A DNA stretch of 64,000 bases from Alphaproteobacteria bacterium. Lineage in GTDB: Bacteria; Pseudomonadota; Alphaproteobacteria; UBA2966. The notes beneath the pieces are model-generated. The model was not told the DNA's origin. It ran no database searches and worked only from the letters and a program-made list of their open reading frames with translations. The stretch is taken from assembly GCA_964291395.2 (NCBI GenBank), contig OZ219856.1:2528001-2592000 (forward strand), given 5' to 3'. Below are positions 48,942-59,643 of this stretch, piece after piece. Within the stretch, counting starts at the first letter, position 1, and each line of letters opens with the position of its first letter. Made by a program: the position numbers and the translations under genes.

Positions 48942-49877
48942 CTATTCGGGCATCACCTGCAACAGCGCCTTGATGAGCGCAGTCGCGTTGGCGGCCGCGA
49001 GGCCGAGAAAAATCTCCATTTCGTTTCCCCCCTCGCCGCCGCCCGCCAAGTCGGACAGACTCCGGATGGCGATGAACGGCACGTCGTTCGCGTAGGCCAC
49101 ATGCGCCACGGCGGCGCTTTCCATGTCCAGCACGCGGGCACCGAAGGTCTCGAACGTATATTCGCGGAAACCCGCGTTATCGACAAAGGCGCCTCCCGAA
49201 ACTCCGGAACCGCCGACGACAACCTTGGGCGCCCGCCGCAGGCACGTGCCGTCCGCCGTGCAACGCTCGAGCATCACATCCGCGGCCGCGACACGGGCGG
49301 CCGCCAGCAGCGCGTCATCCACCGGGAACCAGAAACGGGTCTCGGGCGCACCGGCTCCCGCCCCCTGCACGGTGACCGACCGCGGAAACATCATGCCGAA
49401 GTTCGCGTAGGGATAGTCGAAGAACGCCGGCTTGTCCCACCCGCCTTCGACCTCCCGGGCGAAGAGCATTTCGAGATATTGCCCCCACCGGTCCGCGATC
49501 ACGACATCGCCGATGTTCAACGCGGGGTCCACGCCGCCCGCGATGCCGGAGAACACGATCCGCTCTACATTGAAGTGGTTCAAGGCAAGCTGCGTCGTCA
49601 TGGCCGCGTTGACGACGCTGATGCCGCTCAGAAACAGCACGACGTCCCGGCCCTGCAGCGTCCCGACGGAAAAATCGACGCCCTTCACCGTATGCACCGA
49701 CGCGCCGTCGAGTTCCTCCTTGAGAATCGACATTTCCGGCGCGAAGGCGGATACCACGGCGATGCGTGGAACATCATCCTGAACGCCGTGCGCGAACGCC
49801 GGCGAGGCCGAACCGGCCGACGCCACCGCCGCCGCGACCAGACCAGCGATCAGACTCCGAAATCCGGATGGCATCAT
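48942..49877 (-). CDS. MTA/SAH nucleosidase family (PNP_UDP_1), exported
   Basis: Signal peptide; VSAFAPE, FSGIAGG, DMESAAVAHVA, RSLSDLAGG. Confidence 0.85.
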   Translation of the reverse strand: MMPSGFRSLIAGLVAAAVASAGSASPAFAHGVQDDVPRIAVVSAFAPEMSILKEELDGASVHTVKGVDFSVGTLQGRDVVLFLSGISVVNAAMTTQLALNHFNVERIVFSGIAGGVDPALNIGDVVIADRWGQYLEMLFAREVEGGWDKPAFFDYPYANFGMMFPRSVTVQGAGAGAPETRFWFPVDDALLAAARVAAADVMLERCTADGTCLRRAPKVVVGGSGVSGGAFVDNAGFREYTFETFGARVLDMESAAVAHVAYANDVPFIAIRSLSDLAGGGEGGNEMEIFLGLAAANATALIKALLQVMPE

Positions 49878-50082
49878 CCTCACCACGCCTCGGTATGCGG
49901 CCGACATCCCGTTCGGCCGCCGCCCCGTCAGCTTGCAGCATACGATTGCCGCGCCACAAGGGATTGTCTCGGGTCGGCCCTCCCCGGCGGACCCTCCGGG
50001 GCTGCCGATCGGGTGTCATTCGCCCGCCTCGAGCTCTGTGCGAATCGGCGTGCACAGCGTCGTCGAGGATAGCGGACACGCT

Positions 50083-51051
50083 TTAGAATCCTCGGTCTCC
50101 GGGGTGGGCCAAGGCGCGGCGGACGATCGCTTGCATGAGGTGAACGACGACCGCGTTGTCATCCACGGACACGCCGTCGACGGCGGCGATCCGCTTCCCG
50201 CTGCCGCCGTCCGCCAGTCCGAGCTCGACGCCGTAGGCGACGATGGCGTGCTCTTCCTCCCGGGTGTGGCAAAGCTCCAATTCGCCCCGCCTGAGGGCGA
50301 GTGCCGCGACCATACCATAACACCCGATGTTGGATGACGTTCCGACGACTAGAACCTCAGCCGGTATCACCGTGAAGATGCCGCCGCCGCACTCGGTCTT
50401 TTCCTTCAGATTGAATTCCGGCATGCGCGCACAAAGCGTGTCGTAGACCTTGCCGAAGCCGACTTCATTGCCGCCGTCCCCTACGCCGAGGGTCGGCTTG
50501 CCGGAAGCGGTCATCGTTTTGAACAGGTGATCCACATTTGACCGGAAGGCGTGTCGCGGCAGGCCGGTGACACCGTAGAGATTGCCATACGGATTGCCGC
50601 CATGGCGCTCCACGGCCATCGCGATATCCAAGTCCGCAGCGATGGCGTCCTGCTGGACGGTATCGTGAAGGCCGAGGTGCACGGTCGGCACGTCGATGCC
50701 GTAGCGCGCGACCAAGGCTTCGATCGGAGGCGCGGCCGGCGGATCGGTATAGATGCTGACCCGATGCCCCATGCGGACGAGGGTTCGGGCCAGCACGACC
50801 GAGCCCAGCGGGCCGTCATTCTCGCCGGCAGGCATGTGATCGGGCACCGCTGCGCCGGTCACGATCCCGATACGGACCGGCGGCCGATCAAGCAACTCGG
50901 CGGCGGCAAGGGTGAGCGGCCGGCCTTCCGCCTCCCGCGCTGCCTCATAGAGGCCCGTCTTGACGCCGTAGGGCAGGGCCGCACCCTGGATCTCCAGGCA
51001 CAAGAGCTGGTCCAGATTGGCGTAGGCCACTTCATCGGTTGAATTCACCAT
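50083..51051 (-). CDS. DUF4392 / D-glutamate cyclase family protein
   Basis: GIVTG, ENDGPLG, VERHG, GVGDGGNEVGFG, SSNIG. Confidence 0.8.
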   Translation of the reverse strand: MVNSTDEVAYANLDQLLCLEIQGAALPYGVKTGLYEAAREAEGRPLTLAAAELLDRPPVRIGIVTGAAVPDHMPAGENDGPLGSVVLARTLVRMGHRVSIYTDPPAAPPIEALVARYGIDVPTVHLGLHDTVQQDAIAADLDIAMAVERHGGNPYGNLYGVTGLPRHAFRSNVDHLFKTMTASGKPTLGVGDGGNEVGFGKVYDTLCARMPEFNLKEKTECGGGIFTVIPAEVLVVGTSSNIGCYGMVAALALRRGELELCHTREEEHAIVAYGVELGLADGGSGKRIAAVDGVSVDDNAVVVHLMQAIVRRALAHPGDRGF

Positions 51052-51270
51052 CGGGCCTTTCTCCCCTTGTTGCCGGACCTGGAATCCCGCCTGAAGGCCT
51101 TGCCGTCGGGAAACACTCCTGTCGTCAAGAGGAACCGTCCGGACCGTGGACGCCGTTCTCGGCGCGGCTTATTGTTTTCTTTCCACGGACTTCACGGTCT
51201 GACTCTCGAAGGTTCCGCAGCGTATGCGGGGCCCGGACCGACTGCCAACATAGACGCACGCAGATGTAAC

Positions 51271-52446
51271 ATGCCGGTTGAAGACACGCCCTGTCCGATC
51301 CCGATGAAGGAGTTCGCAGCCAGCACGACCGAGCACCGCAGGACGATATCACTACCGCCCGAGTGTTTTTGGGATCCGGTTTTCTATCGCTTCGAACTCG
51401 ACGCCGTGTGGGGGCGCGACTGGTTCTGCGCGGGTCGTGCGACCGACGTACCGAATCCCGGGGATTACTGCACCATCACGGTTGGACAGGAGCCCCTGCT
51501 GATCGTGCGGCAAAAGGACGGCTCGGTCCGCGTGCTCGCGAACGTGTGCCAGCACCGGGGGCAGCTTCTGCTGACGGGGAACGGCAATGTCCCGCAAATC
51601 CGCTGCCCCATGCATTCATGGACCTACGATCTTTCCGGCGGCCTGACCTTCGCACCCGGCTTCGAGGAAGACCCGACGTTCGGCGCCCCGGCCGTCTGCC
51701 TGCCCGAAATCCGGTCCGAGGTGTGGGAGGGTTTCCTGTTCGTCACGTTCGACAAAACGGTTGCCGGCATCGGCAAACGTCTCGCGAAGTTGAAGAGGCA
51801 ACTGGCGAATTACCATTTGTCCGGACTGCGATCTCCCGCCCCGCTGGAGTTCGTCCGCCACGACTGGAATTGGAAGATCTATGCGGACGAGTGCTACCAC
51901 TGTACCTATCTGCATGCCCGGTCTTTCGGGAGCATGTTTCCCGTACCGCCTTCCGCGATCGATGAGGAGTGCGAGTACAACGACGCCGACAACGGGATCA
52001 TGGCCTACACGTTGATCGGGCGGCACCTCGACGCGAGCCCGACCCGCACGGGAAAGTCCCTTCACCCGATTTTTCCGGACCTGACGGAGACGCAACGCTC
52101 GCGAATCGCCTACATCACGGTCGCACCCAATCTTCTCATCGTCGCGATGCCGGACAAGGTGAAGTACTGGGTCTGGTTGCCGGCGGAACCAACCGCGTCC
52201 TATCTGGGCGTAACCAACACATTTCCGGAGGCCGTGCTGGGCGATCCCAAGTTCGAAGAGCGCGCGCGGATGGAAGCGGAGGATCTGCACACGACGGCCG
52301 AAGAGGACCTGGAGGGCTGGAAGCGTTATCAGCTGGGAATCGGTTCGCGATTCGCGCCGCGCGGTCGGCTGTCGGGATTCGAAAAAACGCTCGGACGGCT
52401 GCAGGACTGGCTGGTGGCTCACTACCGGGCGGCAGAGTCGGGATAG
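51271..52446 (+). CDS. Rieske oxygenase alpha subunit
   Basis: NVCQHRG..CPMHSW, WNWK..ECYHCTYLH, EED. Confidence 0.9.
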   Translation: MPVEDTPCPIPMKEFAASTTEHRRTISLPPECFWDPVFYRFELDAVWGRDWFCAGRATDVPNPGDYCTITVGQEPLLIVRQKDGSVRVLANVCQHRGQLLLTGNGNVPQIRCPMHSWTYDLSGGLTFAPGFEEDPTFGAPAVCLPEIRSEVWEGFLFVTFDKTVAGIGKRLAKLKRQLANYHLSGLRSPAPLEFVRHDWNWKIYADECYHCTYLHARSFGSMFPVPPSAIDEECEYNDADNGIMAYTLIGRHLDASPTRTGKSLHPIFPDLTETQRSRIAYITVAPNLLIVAMPDKVKYWVWLPAEPTASYLGVTNTFPEAVLGDPKFEERARMEAEDLHTTAEEDLEGWKRYQLGIGSRFAPRGRLSGFEKTLGRLQDWLVAHYRAAESG

Positions 52447-52546
52447 GTCTTAGCGCCCCAAGAGATGTCCGGGTCGGCGATCAAGAACCTCCACCCGGTA
52501 CAAGCCCCGAGAAAGACGCAAGGGGGCGGCCACACGCCAGAAGAGG

Positions 52547-54319
52547 TCAGGCCTGGGCGCGCCCTCGTGACGCTCTCAAGCGCTCCGTCGCCTCGGCGTC
52601 GACCGTGCGGCCCCGGGCGTCGAGCACGACGCCATAGAGCGCTTCGGCAGCCTCGCGGCTTAGAACGCCGTCTCGCGTGTCGCGCAGCACGCGTTCCGGG
52701 TCGCGGTTCAGAGGATCGCCCCAGCCGCCGCCGGCCGGCGACCAGGCTCGCAGCCGCAAGGGATCGTACGTCTCCACTCCGTACTGCGGAGCTTCGAGCT
52801 CGGTCCCATCCTCGAACGTCAACGTCATCCGTCCGGCTTCCCCCGTGCCGCCGCCGCCGATGCCGAATCCCGACGGGTGGATGAGCCCCTCCCCGCGGAA
52901 CGAATATTCCGCCTGCTCCTGCACGGCCACTTCGTAGTCGATCCCCGTGCCGCCCCGGAATTCGCCGGGCCCGGCGGAGTCGCAACGGTATTCCTGACGG
53001 ATGAAACGGGTCGGATAGCGTTGCTCACAGACTTCGACATTGTTCATCACGATGCCACCCAGCGAGCCGATGTGGCCGAACTGGTTGAACCCGTCCCGTC
53101 CCTTCACGCCTCCCGAGCCCGACATCGTATTCCAGTGATACATGACCCACGGGTTGGGAGTTCCCATACCCCCGGACGTGAGGCCGTGGATACTCTTGCC
53201 CCACCCGGCGCAGGCGCGCACCGGATCCGCCTTCCCCATCGCCTTCCAGACGACGTGGCCGATCTCGTGTGCGGCCGCTGCCGTGCAAAACGTCATGGGG
53301 GCCGGCGGACGCGGGTTGACGACCGTTCCTTCGGGCAAAATGACGTCGATGGCCCGAAACGCGCCGCCGTTGCGGGGCATGTCGGCGTCGAAGTACGCCG
53401 TGATAGCCAGGTACACGGCCGAATGCGTGTTCACGTAGGAACTGTTCTTGAATCCGCGCATCTGGGGGTCCGTACCGTCGAAGTCGACCGTCACATGGTC
53501 TCCGTCGATCGTCACGGCCGCGCGGATGCCGATGTCGACCTCCTCAAAGCAATCGGTGTGGGTGTACTCCTCGGCCTCGTAGCGGCCATCCGGCAGAGTG
53601 GCGAGCGCCGCCCGGAGGCGGCGTTCGCCATGGTCGAGTATGGCGCCGATCAGGTTGAGCGTCGTCTCGACGCCCAATTCGCGCGTGATTCCCGCGATGC
53701 GTTCCGCCCCGATCCGTGTCGATCCGACCATGGCGCGCAGGTCGCCATCCATGAGGTCCGGCGTGCGCGAATTGAGCAGCAGCAATTGCCAGAGGTCCCG
53801 ACGCATCGTTCCCTGCTCGACCAGGCGCATGACCGGCAATCGGATGCCCTCTTGCCAGATCTCCGTGGCGCGCGAGTTGTACGTACCGGCGGCGCCCCCG
53901 CCGATATCCGACTGGTGCGCCCGGTTGCAAGTGAAGCCGATGAGCTCGCCGTCGACGATGATGGGACGCGAGATCACCCAATCGGGTGGATGGTTGCCGC
54001 CGGCGGCGTACGGGTCGCTGGAGACGAACACGTCGCCTTCCGAGATACGGTCGCCGAATACCCGGAGAACGGCGGCAACCGTGAATCCGCCGCCCCCGGT
54101 GTGGATGGGGATGCCGTCCGACTGGCTCAACAGCGTTCCCTCGCGATCCGTCATGAAACACGAGAAGTCGTGGGAATCGGTGAGGATCGGGCTGCACGCG
54201 GTGCGCGTCATGATCCAACCCATATGCCGGCAGGTATCGTCGAACAGACCCTGGGTCAGGGCCAGGGTTACGGGGTCGACGCCCGCGTCCACCGCGGGTT
54301 CCGCAGCGAGCGCGTTCAT
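52547..54319 (-). CDS. Hydantoinase B/oxoprolinase family protein
   Basis: RTACSP..HDFSC, DPYAAGGNHPPD, HQSDIGG, QEGIRLP, GPGEFRGG, GGGWGDP. Confidence 0.92.
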   Translation of the reverse strand: MNALAAEPAVDAGVDPVTLALTQGLFDDTCRHMGWIMTRTACSPILTDSHDFSCFMTDREGTLLSQSDGIPIHTGGGGFTVAAVLRVFGDRISEGDVFVSSDPYAAGGNHPPDWVISRPIIVDGELIGFTCNRAHQSDIGGGAAGTYNSRATEIWQEGIRLPVMRLVEQGTMRRDLWQLLLLNSRTPDLMDGDLRAMVGSTRIGAERIAGITRELGVETTLNLIGAILDHGERRLRAALATLPDGRYEAEEYTHTDCFEEVDIGIRAAVTIDGDHVTVDFDGTDPQMRGFKNSSYVNTHSAVYLAITAYFDADMPRNGGAFRAIDVILPEGTVVNPRPPAPMTFCTAAAAHEIGHVVWKAMGKADPVRACAGWGKSIHGLTSGGMGTPNPWVMYHWNTMSGSGGVKGRDGFNQFGHIGSLGGIVMNNVEVCEQRYPTRFIRQEYRCDSAGPGEFRGGTGIDYEVAVQEQAEYSFRGEGLIHPSGFGIGGGGTGEAGRMTLTFEDGTELEAPQYGVETYDPLRLRAWSPAGGGWGDPLNRDPERVLRDTRDGVLSREAAEALYGVVLDARGRTVDAEATERLRASRGRAQA

Positions 54320-54487
54320 CCGACCGCCCGAGATACGAAGTGTATTTCCATGGCGAGACTCCGGATTGTCCGTCTGGAGCGGATCATTATACCTCTCCCA
54401 ACGATCGCGTCGGGCGGGTGTCAGTCGGCATGAACCAAGAACAGCCTGGTCGCTTGGGCCCGGGTGGTCGGCGCGCCTGATAGTGCC

Positions 54488-55912
54488 TCATATCGGAGGG
54501 CCGAATGTTTGCCAGCCTGACTCGCGCTCATACGCGCGGCCTACGCGAAAAAGCGACGCTTCGTCGTTGGGCCGGCCGATCAGTTGGAACCCAACCGGCA
54601 CCCTGTTGTGATCCAATCCAGCCGGCAGACTCAATGCGGGCAGATGGAACGCGTTGATGGGGCGGGTGGTGTGGCTAACCCGTGCGGAGAGCTCCAGATA
54701 GTCGTCGCGGGTATCCGGGTCCGATTCGGCAATCGTGGGAACCGGCGTCGGTACGACGGGCGCATGAAGCATGTCGGCCTGGTCGAACACGGCGGCGGAA
54801 AATTCCGCCAGCAATCTCTCGCGCTGTTCGAGTGCTTCCGCGTAGCGCGTGGCCGGGATGTCGAGGCCGGGTGCGAGCCTCTGGCACGTCCACGCCGTAT
54901 AGTCGTCAGGCCGGTCATTGATCCACTTCTGATGGTATCGGGCCGCTTCGAACTGAAAGACGATTCGGTGCATTTCCAGAGCCTCGTCGAGAGACTCCGG
55001 TAACCGTATGTGCACGATGTCGGCGCCTGCCGTGCGCAACGAGGCGAGACTCGTGTCGAGATGTTGCCGCACCTCTTCATCGACGTGGTCGTAAAAATAG
55101 TCTTCCGAGACCGCGATTCTGACACGCCTCGCGCCGTCCTCGATGTCGGAAACGTAGTCCGGAACGGGAGAGGCATTGGATGCCGGATCATTTGAATCGT
55201 GTCCGGCGATGACACCAAGCATCAGCGCGCTGTCCTTCACGGTCCGCGTCATGGCGCCGACGTGATCCCACGACGTTGAAAGCGGCATAGCGCCGTAGCG
55301 GCTCACCCGGCCATAGGTAGGCATGATACCGACCACGCCACAACATGACGCCGGCACTCGGATCGACCCGCCGGTGTCCGACGCCAGGGCCCCGTATATG
55401 AGCCGCGCCGCCACGGCAGAGGCGGGGCCGCTCGACGATCCGCCCGTTCCGTGATCCGTGTTCCAAGGATTGCGAGGTGTTCCCGTGATCGGGTTATGAC
55501 CGTACACGGGCGCGCCGGTCGCAAACTCCGTCATGTTCAGGCGCGCAATGTCGAGCGCGCCCGCCAAGTCGAGGCGCTTGAGAACGTGTGCCGTGTGGTC
55601 GGGTCGATAGTCCGCGAGAATGCGCGATCCGCAGGCGCTGATCTGTCCCTGGCGATAAAACATGTCCTTATGCGCCAGTGGCACGCCGTGGAGGGGTCCA
55701 CGCACGCGACCGGCGGCGAGCTCTTCGTCGGCCCTTTTCGCCGCGGCCAGCGCAGCACCGGGCTCGCACCGGACGACAGAGCGGTGCTGCCGGCCCAACG
55801 TAGCGATCCGATCCAGACATACGCGCGTTGCTTCACGTGACGTGAGCCGGCCGTCAGCGATGCAGGCGGCCACCGTATTCAAGCTCAGGTCAGCGATTTC
55901 GTCGTCGTTCAT
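54488..55912 (-). CDS. Amidase (AS family)
   Basis: GPLHGVPLAHKD, GGSSSG, SDTGGSIRVPA. Confidence 0.93.
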   Translation of the reverse strand: MNDDEIADLSLNTVAACIADGRLTSREATRVCLDRIATLGRQHRSVVRCEPGAALAAAKRADEELAAGRVRGPLHGVPLAHKDMFYRQGQISACGSRILADYRPDHTAHVLKRLDLAGALDIARLNMTEFATGAPVYGHNPITGTPRNPWNTDHGTGGSSSGPASAVAARLIYGALASDTGGSIRVPASCCGVVGIMPTYGRVSRYGAMPLSTSWDHVGAMTRTVKDSALMLGVIAGHDSNDPASNASPVPDYVSDIEDGARRVRIAVSEDYFYDHVDEEVRQHLDTSLASLRTAGADIVHIRLPESLDEALEMHRIVFQFEAARYHQKWINDRPDDYTAWTCQRLAPGLDIPATRYAEALEQRERLLAEFSAAVFDQADMLHAPVVPTPVPTIAESDPDTRDDYLELSARVSHTTRPINAFHLPALSLPAGLDHNRVPVGFQLIGRPNDEASLFRVGRAYERESGWQTFGPPI

Positions 55913-56215
55913 GGCCGCTTACCGAAAGGTTCGCCAAGATTTGGCGGCGTCTTGGCTGAAGCACGTGAATGTCCGGCCAATTTCGAGGCCTTGCCCAAGT
56001 ATGTGCAAGAACATACCGCACACATAAAGACGGCGTGAGCGCCACCTGCAATCGATGGCGCATCCGTGGACGCCGCGACCGGACCGCCCCGACGCCTCTC
56101 GTGGAGAATTTTGGCAGCGCCGACTACACTCCGCTCAACTGCCCTCGAGCCCCGTGATCGAAACCGAAAACTCTCAGACGAACCGGCCCCAAACATCGGA
56201 GAAGGTCAACTCCAC

Positions 56216-58261
56216 ATGCCGTGTCGACAAATCTGCCTGACAACTGCGCTGCTGCTCGCACTCGTCAGCGCTCAATCGACCCCGGCACATGCGCTGTCGG
56301 CCGACACACTGAAGTCGGTCGTTTCGGTGTTGCCCGTCTGGCCCGGGCGAGCCCAAGCCGGCGCCGGCGGATCTCCGGGCGTCGCGCCGGAAGGAAGCGG
56401 GGTGGTTTTGAAACCCGGACTTATTGCGACGGCCTGGCATGTGGTCAAGCCCGCCAAGCGGATCGACATTCGTCTTTCGGACGGACGCATCCTGCCAGCG
56501 CAGCTGATTGCAAAGGACGCCGCGAGCGACATCGCCGTACTGGGCGTTGAAGTTGAGCTTGTGCCGATCGAGATCGCGCCTGCGCCGCAACTTACGCAGC
56601 CGGTATGCGCCGTCGGCAACGCATACGGCCTGGGCCTTTCCGTGACATGCGGCGTGGTTTCCGCGCTGAACGTATCCGACGCAGGTTTCAACCCTGTGGA
56701 AGACTTCGTCCAGACGGATGCCGCTGCGAACCCGGGCGTGTCGGGTGGAGCGTTGGTGGACGCGGAAGGTCGCCTGGCGGGCATGATGTCGGCGATCTTC
56801 GCCTCCGAGGGCGATACCAATATCGGCGTTAATTTTGCCACTTCGACCGAGCTGCTCCTGCGGGTCGTCGAGGCACTTATTTCCGATGGTGAGGTCCGGT
56901 ATCCTTCACCCGGCTGGCGGCTGGAGGCCGCCGGGCGCGATCAGTTGGCCACAGTGGCCGCGCCGGTGATCAGCGAGGTGAGCGACGGCGGTCCGGCGGC
57001 CACGGTGGGCATCGCACCCGGCGACATGATCCTGAAAATCGGCTTGCGCCGGGTTCGGACGCCTCGCGACGCACTCGCCGCGCTTGCCGTTGTTCCCGAC
57101 GTCAGCGCGCCACTCGACATTACCTTGCAACGTGACGGGCAACGGCGCGTCGTCGCTCTGTCTTTTGATGCAGCACCGACGGTGTCCGACGCGCCGGACA
57201 CATCGGAATCGCTCGGAGACTGCCCCCATCCGGCGCCGGTCTGCCGCGTCCGACAGGCGGTTTTCCCGGTCTCCGGCTTCGATCCAATCGCCAGCGCAAC
57301 ACGGATCGGACCCACGCTCCTGGTCACGAACCGGCATGTCGTGGCAGACCGACCGGATGCGGTCGTCCACACCCCCGATGGGCCAAAAGGCGCAAGGGTG
57401 ATCCCCTCGGCCTACCTCGGCGATCTGGCACTGCTCGAGGTTCAGGGTCTGCCCGGGGATGGGTTCATTCCGGACCTCGAGGGGGAAGTCTCGGACGATG
57501 GCGCATTCTACGCCGTCGGCGCCGATATAGCCCGGAAAGAGGTGCGCGTCTTCGACCCCGGCGGGTTGATTGCGGGGCCGGCGGAAGGCGCAGATCTGGG
57601 ACGGCTCCACGTTCGGTCACGCATGCAACCCGGCGTCAGTGGCGGGGCCCTCGTGGACCGGCGAGGCGAATTGGTGGGGATTGCCGTGGGCGGCGGCGAC
57701 GGACGTTTCGAGGCGGTGACTCTGGAAGGCGTCCGCGCACTTTTGGCTTTGCGCACCGACGCTGCGGCCGCCGACGTGACGCGCCGGCTGGGAACGGCCC
57801 TGTCGGAGTGTGCGGCCAGGATGAGCGCAATTCAGGCGCGCACGGCGGACGAATCCGACCGTGATACGCTGTTTGAAACCTGCGCCGCGACGATGAACCA
57901 TGGTCAGCTGCTCGAAGCCGGGCGCATCCTGGCGCGGGCCGGCGATTTTGACGGCGCCATAGCTCTACATGGTCAGGCTGCCGAGCAGGTCCCGAACTCG
58001 ATCAACGCACGGATCTCGCTATTGGTGTCGCTGCAGCTCGCCGGACGCTTCGATGAGATGACAGGGCACGCACGTCGGCTGATGCTCATGGCACCCGAGG
58101 ACCCCCAGGCCTTGCGGTTTGCAATACAGTCCGGCGTCTGGGGAAACGCGCCGGCACTCGCCGAAGAAGCCTATCGGGCGCTCGTGAAGGCAGATCCGCG
58201 ACAGGCCGAGGCCGCCCGCCGGTTCATCGACAATGCACCGCCTGCGCCGGTGCGTCGATAG
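56216..58261 (+). CDS. Secreted serine protease: trypsin-PDZ-trypsin-TPR-like
   Basis: Triad 1 TAWHVV/DIAVL/NPGVSGG; PDZ (GPAATVGIAPGDMIL); triad 2 TNRHVV/DLALL/QPGVSGG; helical C-terminus. Confidence 0.85.
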   Translation: MPCRQICLTTALLLALVSAQSTPAHALSADTLKSVVSVLPVWPGRAQAGAGGSPGVAPEGSGVVLKPGLIATAWHVVKPAKRIDIRLSDGRILPAQLIAKDAASDIAVLGVEVELVPIEIAPAPQLTQPVCAVGNAYGLGLSVTCGVVSALNVSDAGFNPVEDFVQTDAAANPGVSGGALVDAEGRLAGMMSAIFASEGDTNIGVNFATSTELLLRVVEALISDGEVRYPSPGWRLEAAGRDQLATVAAPVISEVSDGGPAATVGIAPGDMILKIGLRRVRTPRDALAALAVVPDVSAPLDITLQRDGQRRVVALSFDAAPTVSDAPDTSESLGDCPHPAPVCRVRQAVFPVSGFDPIASATRIGPTLLVTNRHVVADRPDAVVHTPDGPKGARVIPSAYLGDLALLEVQGLPGDGFIPDLEGEVSDDGAFYAVGADIARKEVRVFDPGGLIAGPAEGADLGRLHVRSRMQPGVSGGALVDRRGELVGIAVGGGDGRFEAVTLEGVRALLALRTDAAAADVTRRLGTALSECAARMSAIQARTADESDRDTLFETCAATMNHGQLLEAGRILARAGDFDGAIALHGQAAEQVPNSINARISLLVSLQLAGRFDEMTGHARRLMLMAPEDPQALRFAIQSGVWGNAPALAEEAYRALVKADPRQAEAARRFIDNAPPAPVRR

Positions 58262-58266
58262 CGCGG

Positions 58267-59562
58267 TCACTCCGATAGCGGGTCGGGAATCCAACCGGCC
58301 GCGACGACGCCTTCACGCTCAAACGGAGACGGTGCCGCGCGGGCCAGGATGCGGGCCTTGAGCTCGGCCGAGCTCAGCCCCGGGTTCCGCGCCAGTAACC
58401 TGGCCGCAAGGGCGGCGAGACGCGGAACCGCGTAGCTGGAGCCGGAGGCGATCCCGGATGCGCCGCGAAAATCGACGATCTCCAGGTTCTCGGCCGGCAG
58501 CATCACATCGACACTCACCGCTCCCCAGTTCGATCCCGAAGCAAGGCGCCCGAAGCCGTCGGCCGAGGTTACGGTGACGATGTTTTCGAGCGCGGACGCG
58601 GCCGGAAAGACAGGGTCTTTGTCGATATCGCGGCCGTCGTTTCCGGCTGAAACGATGGCCAAGATGTCGAGCCCGCGAAGCGCGTTCTCGAAAGCGCGCC
58701 AGTCTTCGGGCCTGCGGCTGCCCAGCGGCACGGCGAGGATGCGGGCGCCCGCATCGGCCGCGCGCGCGACCAGATCGCCCATGCGCCTCATGTCGGGGCG
58801 CGGATAGCGGAACGGGATCAGCGCGGCGTGGGGCGCTTCCCGCGCGAGCACCGATGCGGTCGCCGTACCGTGACGGATCGGAAGGAAGGGTCCGCGCGAG
58901 ACGTCCCCGTCGTACGGCCAGGGATCGAGGTCCCAATAGTCATAGCCCAGGGGCATTCCTTCGCCGTCGCGGGCCAGTCGGTTCCGAAACATCGGTAGAT
59001 CGTAGGCCAGGCCCGAGTCCACAAGGGCGACCCGAATACCGCCGGGGTCTCTCCCCTCAGGCCAGGGGGCCTGCAAGGTCTCGGTCCATCTTGGCGTCTT
59101 GAGATCGCCTTCCAGCTGATCGAGGTATTGCCGAACATCTCCGTCTGCCCGGATCGCCCGACCGGATCGAACGGTGCACCCGCCATCGGCTATGGCCTGA
59201 AGAGACGGCCGAGCGCCGTCGCCGTCGTGCGCGGCGTAGGAAACCAGGAACCGGCGAAGCCTGCCGTCGAACTGCCGCCGCTCGATGATGAGTTCGTCGG
59301 CTCCCGGCAGCAGAAGGCGAACCACGATACGGCGCGGGTCTCGATTGTCGGGCTGACGGGTCTCATCCAGAAACCAGCTGCCGGGTATGGCGTTCTGTGC
59401 ATCGAGGCCGAATAGTCCGGGCTGCGGGCATACCCGTTCGACGGCGAGACGCAGCCAGTGCGCTTCGTCCCTGTTGCTGTCGGCGATCGATCCAGTCGGC
59501 ACCGCAATCATCGAAGCGAGTACGAACAGTCCGCCGGGGGTCCGCATGAGAAAGCGTCTCAT
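58267..59562 (-). CDS. S8 (subtilisin-like) peptidase with N-terminal extension
   Basis: VALVDSG, RHGT, SAGNDG, GSSYAVP; signal peptide. Confidence 0.88.
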   Translation of the reverse strand: MRRFLMRTPGGLFVLASMIAVPTGSIADSNRDEAHWLRLAVERVCPQPGLFGLDAQNAIPGSWFLDETRQPDNRDPRRIVVRLLLPGADELIIERRQFDGRLRRFLVSYAAHDGDGARPSLQAIADGGCTVRSGRAIRADGDVRQYLDQLEGDLKTPRWTETLQAPWPEGRDPGGIRVALVDSGLAYDLPMFRNRLARDGEGMPLGYDYWDLDPWPYDGDVSRGPFLPIRHGTATASVLAREAPHAALIPFRYPRPDMRRMGDLVARAADAGARILAVPLGSRRPEDWRAFENALRGLDILAIVSAGNDGRDIDKDPVFPAASALENIVTVTSADGFGRLASGSNWGAVSVDVMLPAENLEIVDFRGASGIASGSSYAVPRLAALAARLLARNPGLSSAELKARILARAAPSPFEREGVVAAGWIPDPLSE

Positions 59563-59643
59563 GTACCGATGATTCCACCACCGAGAACAAGTGTGACGAT
59601 CTGTCGCTTGTTCATTTCAGAGATATTCCCAAGGTTGGAGTAA

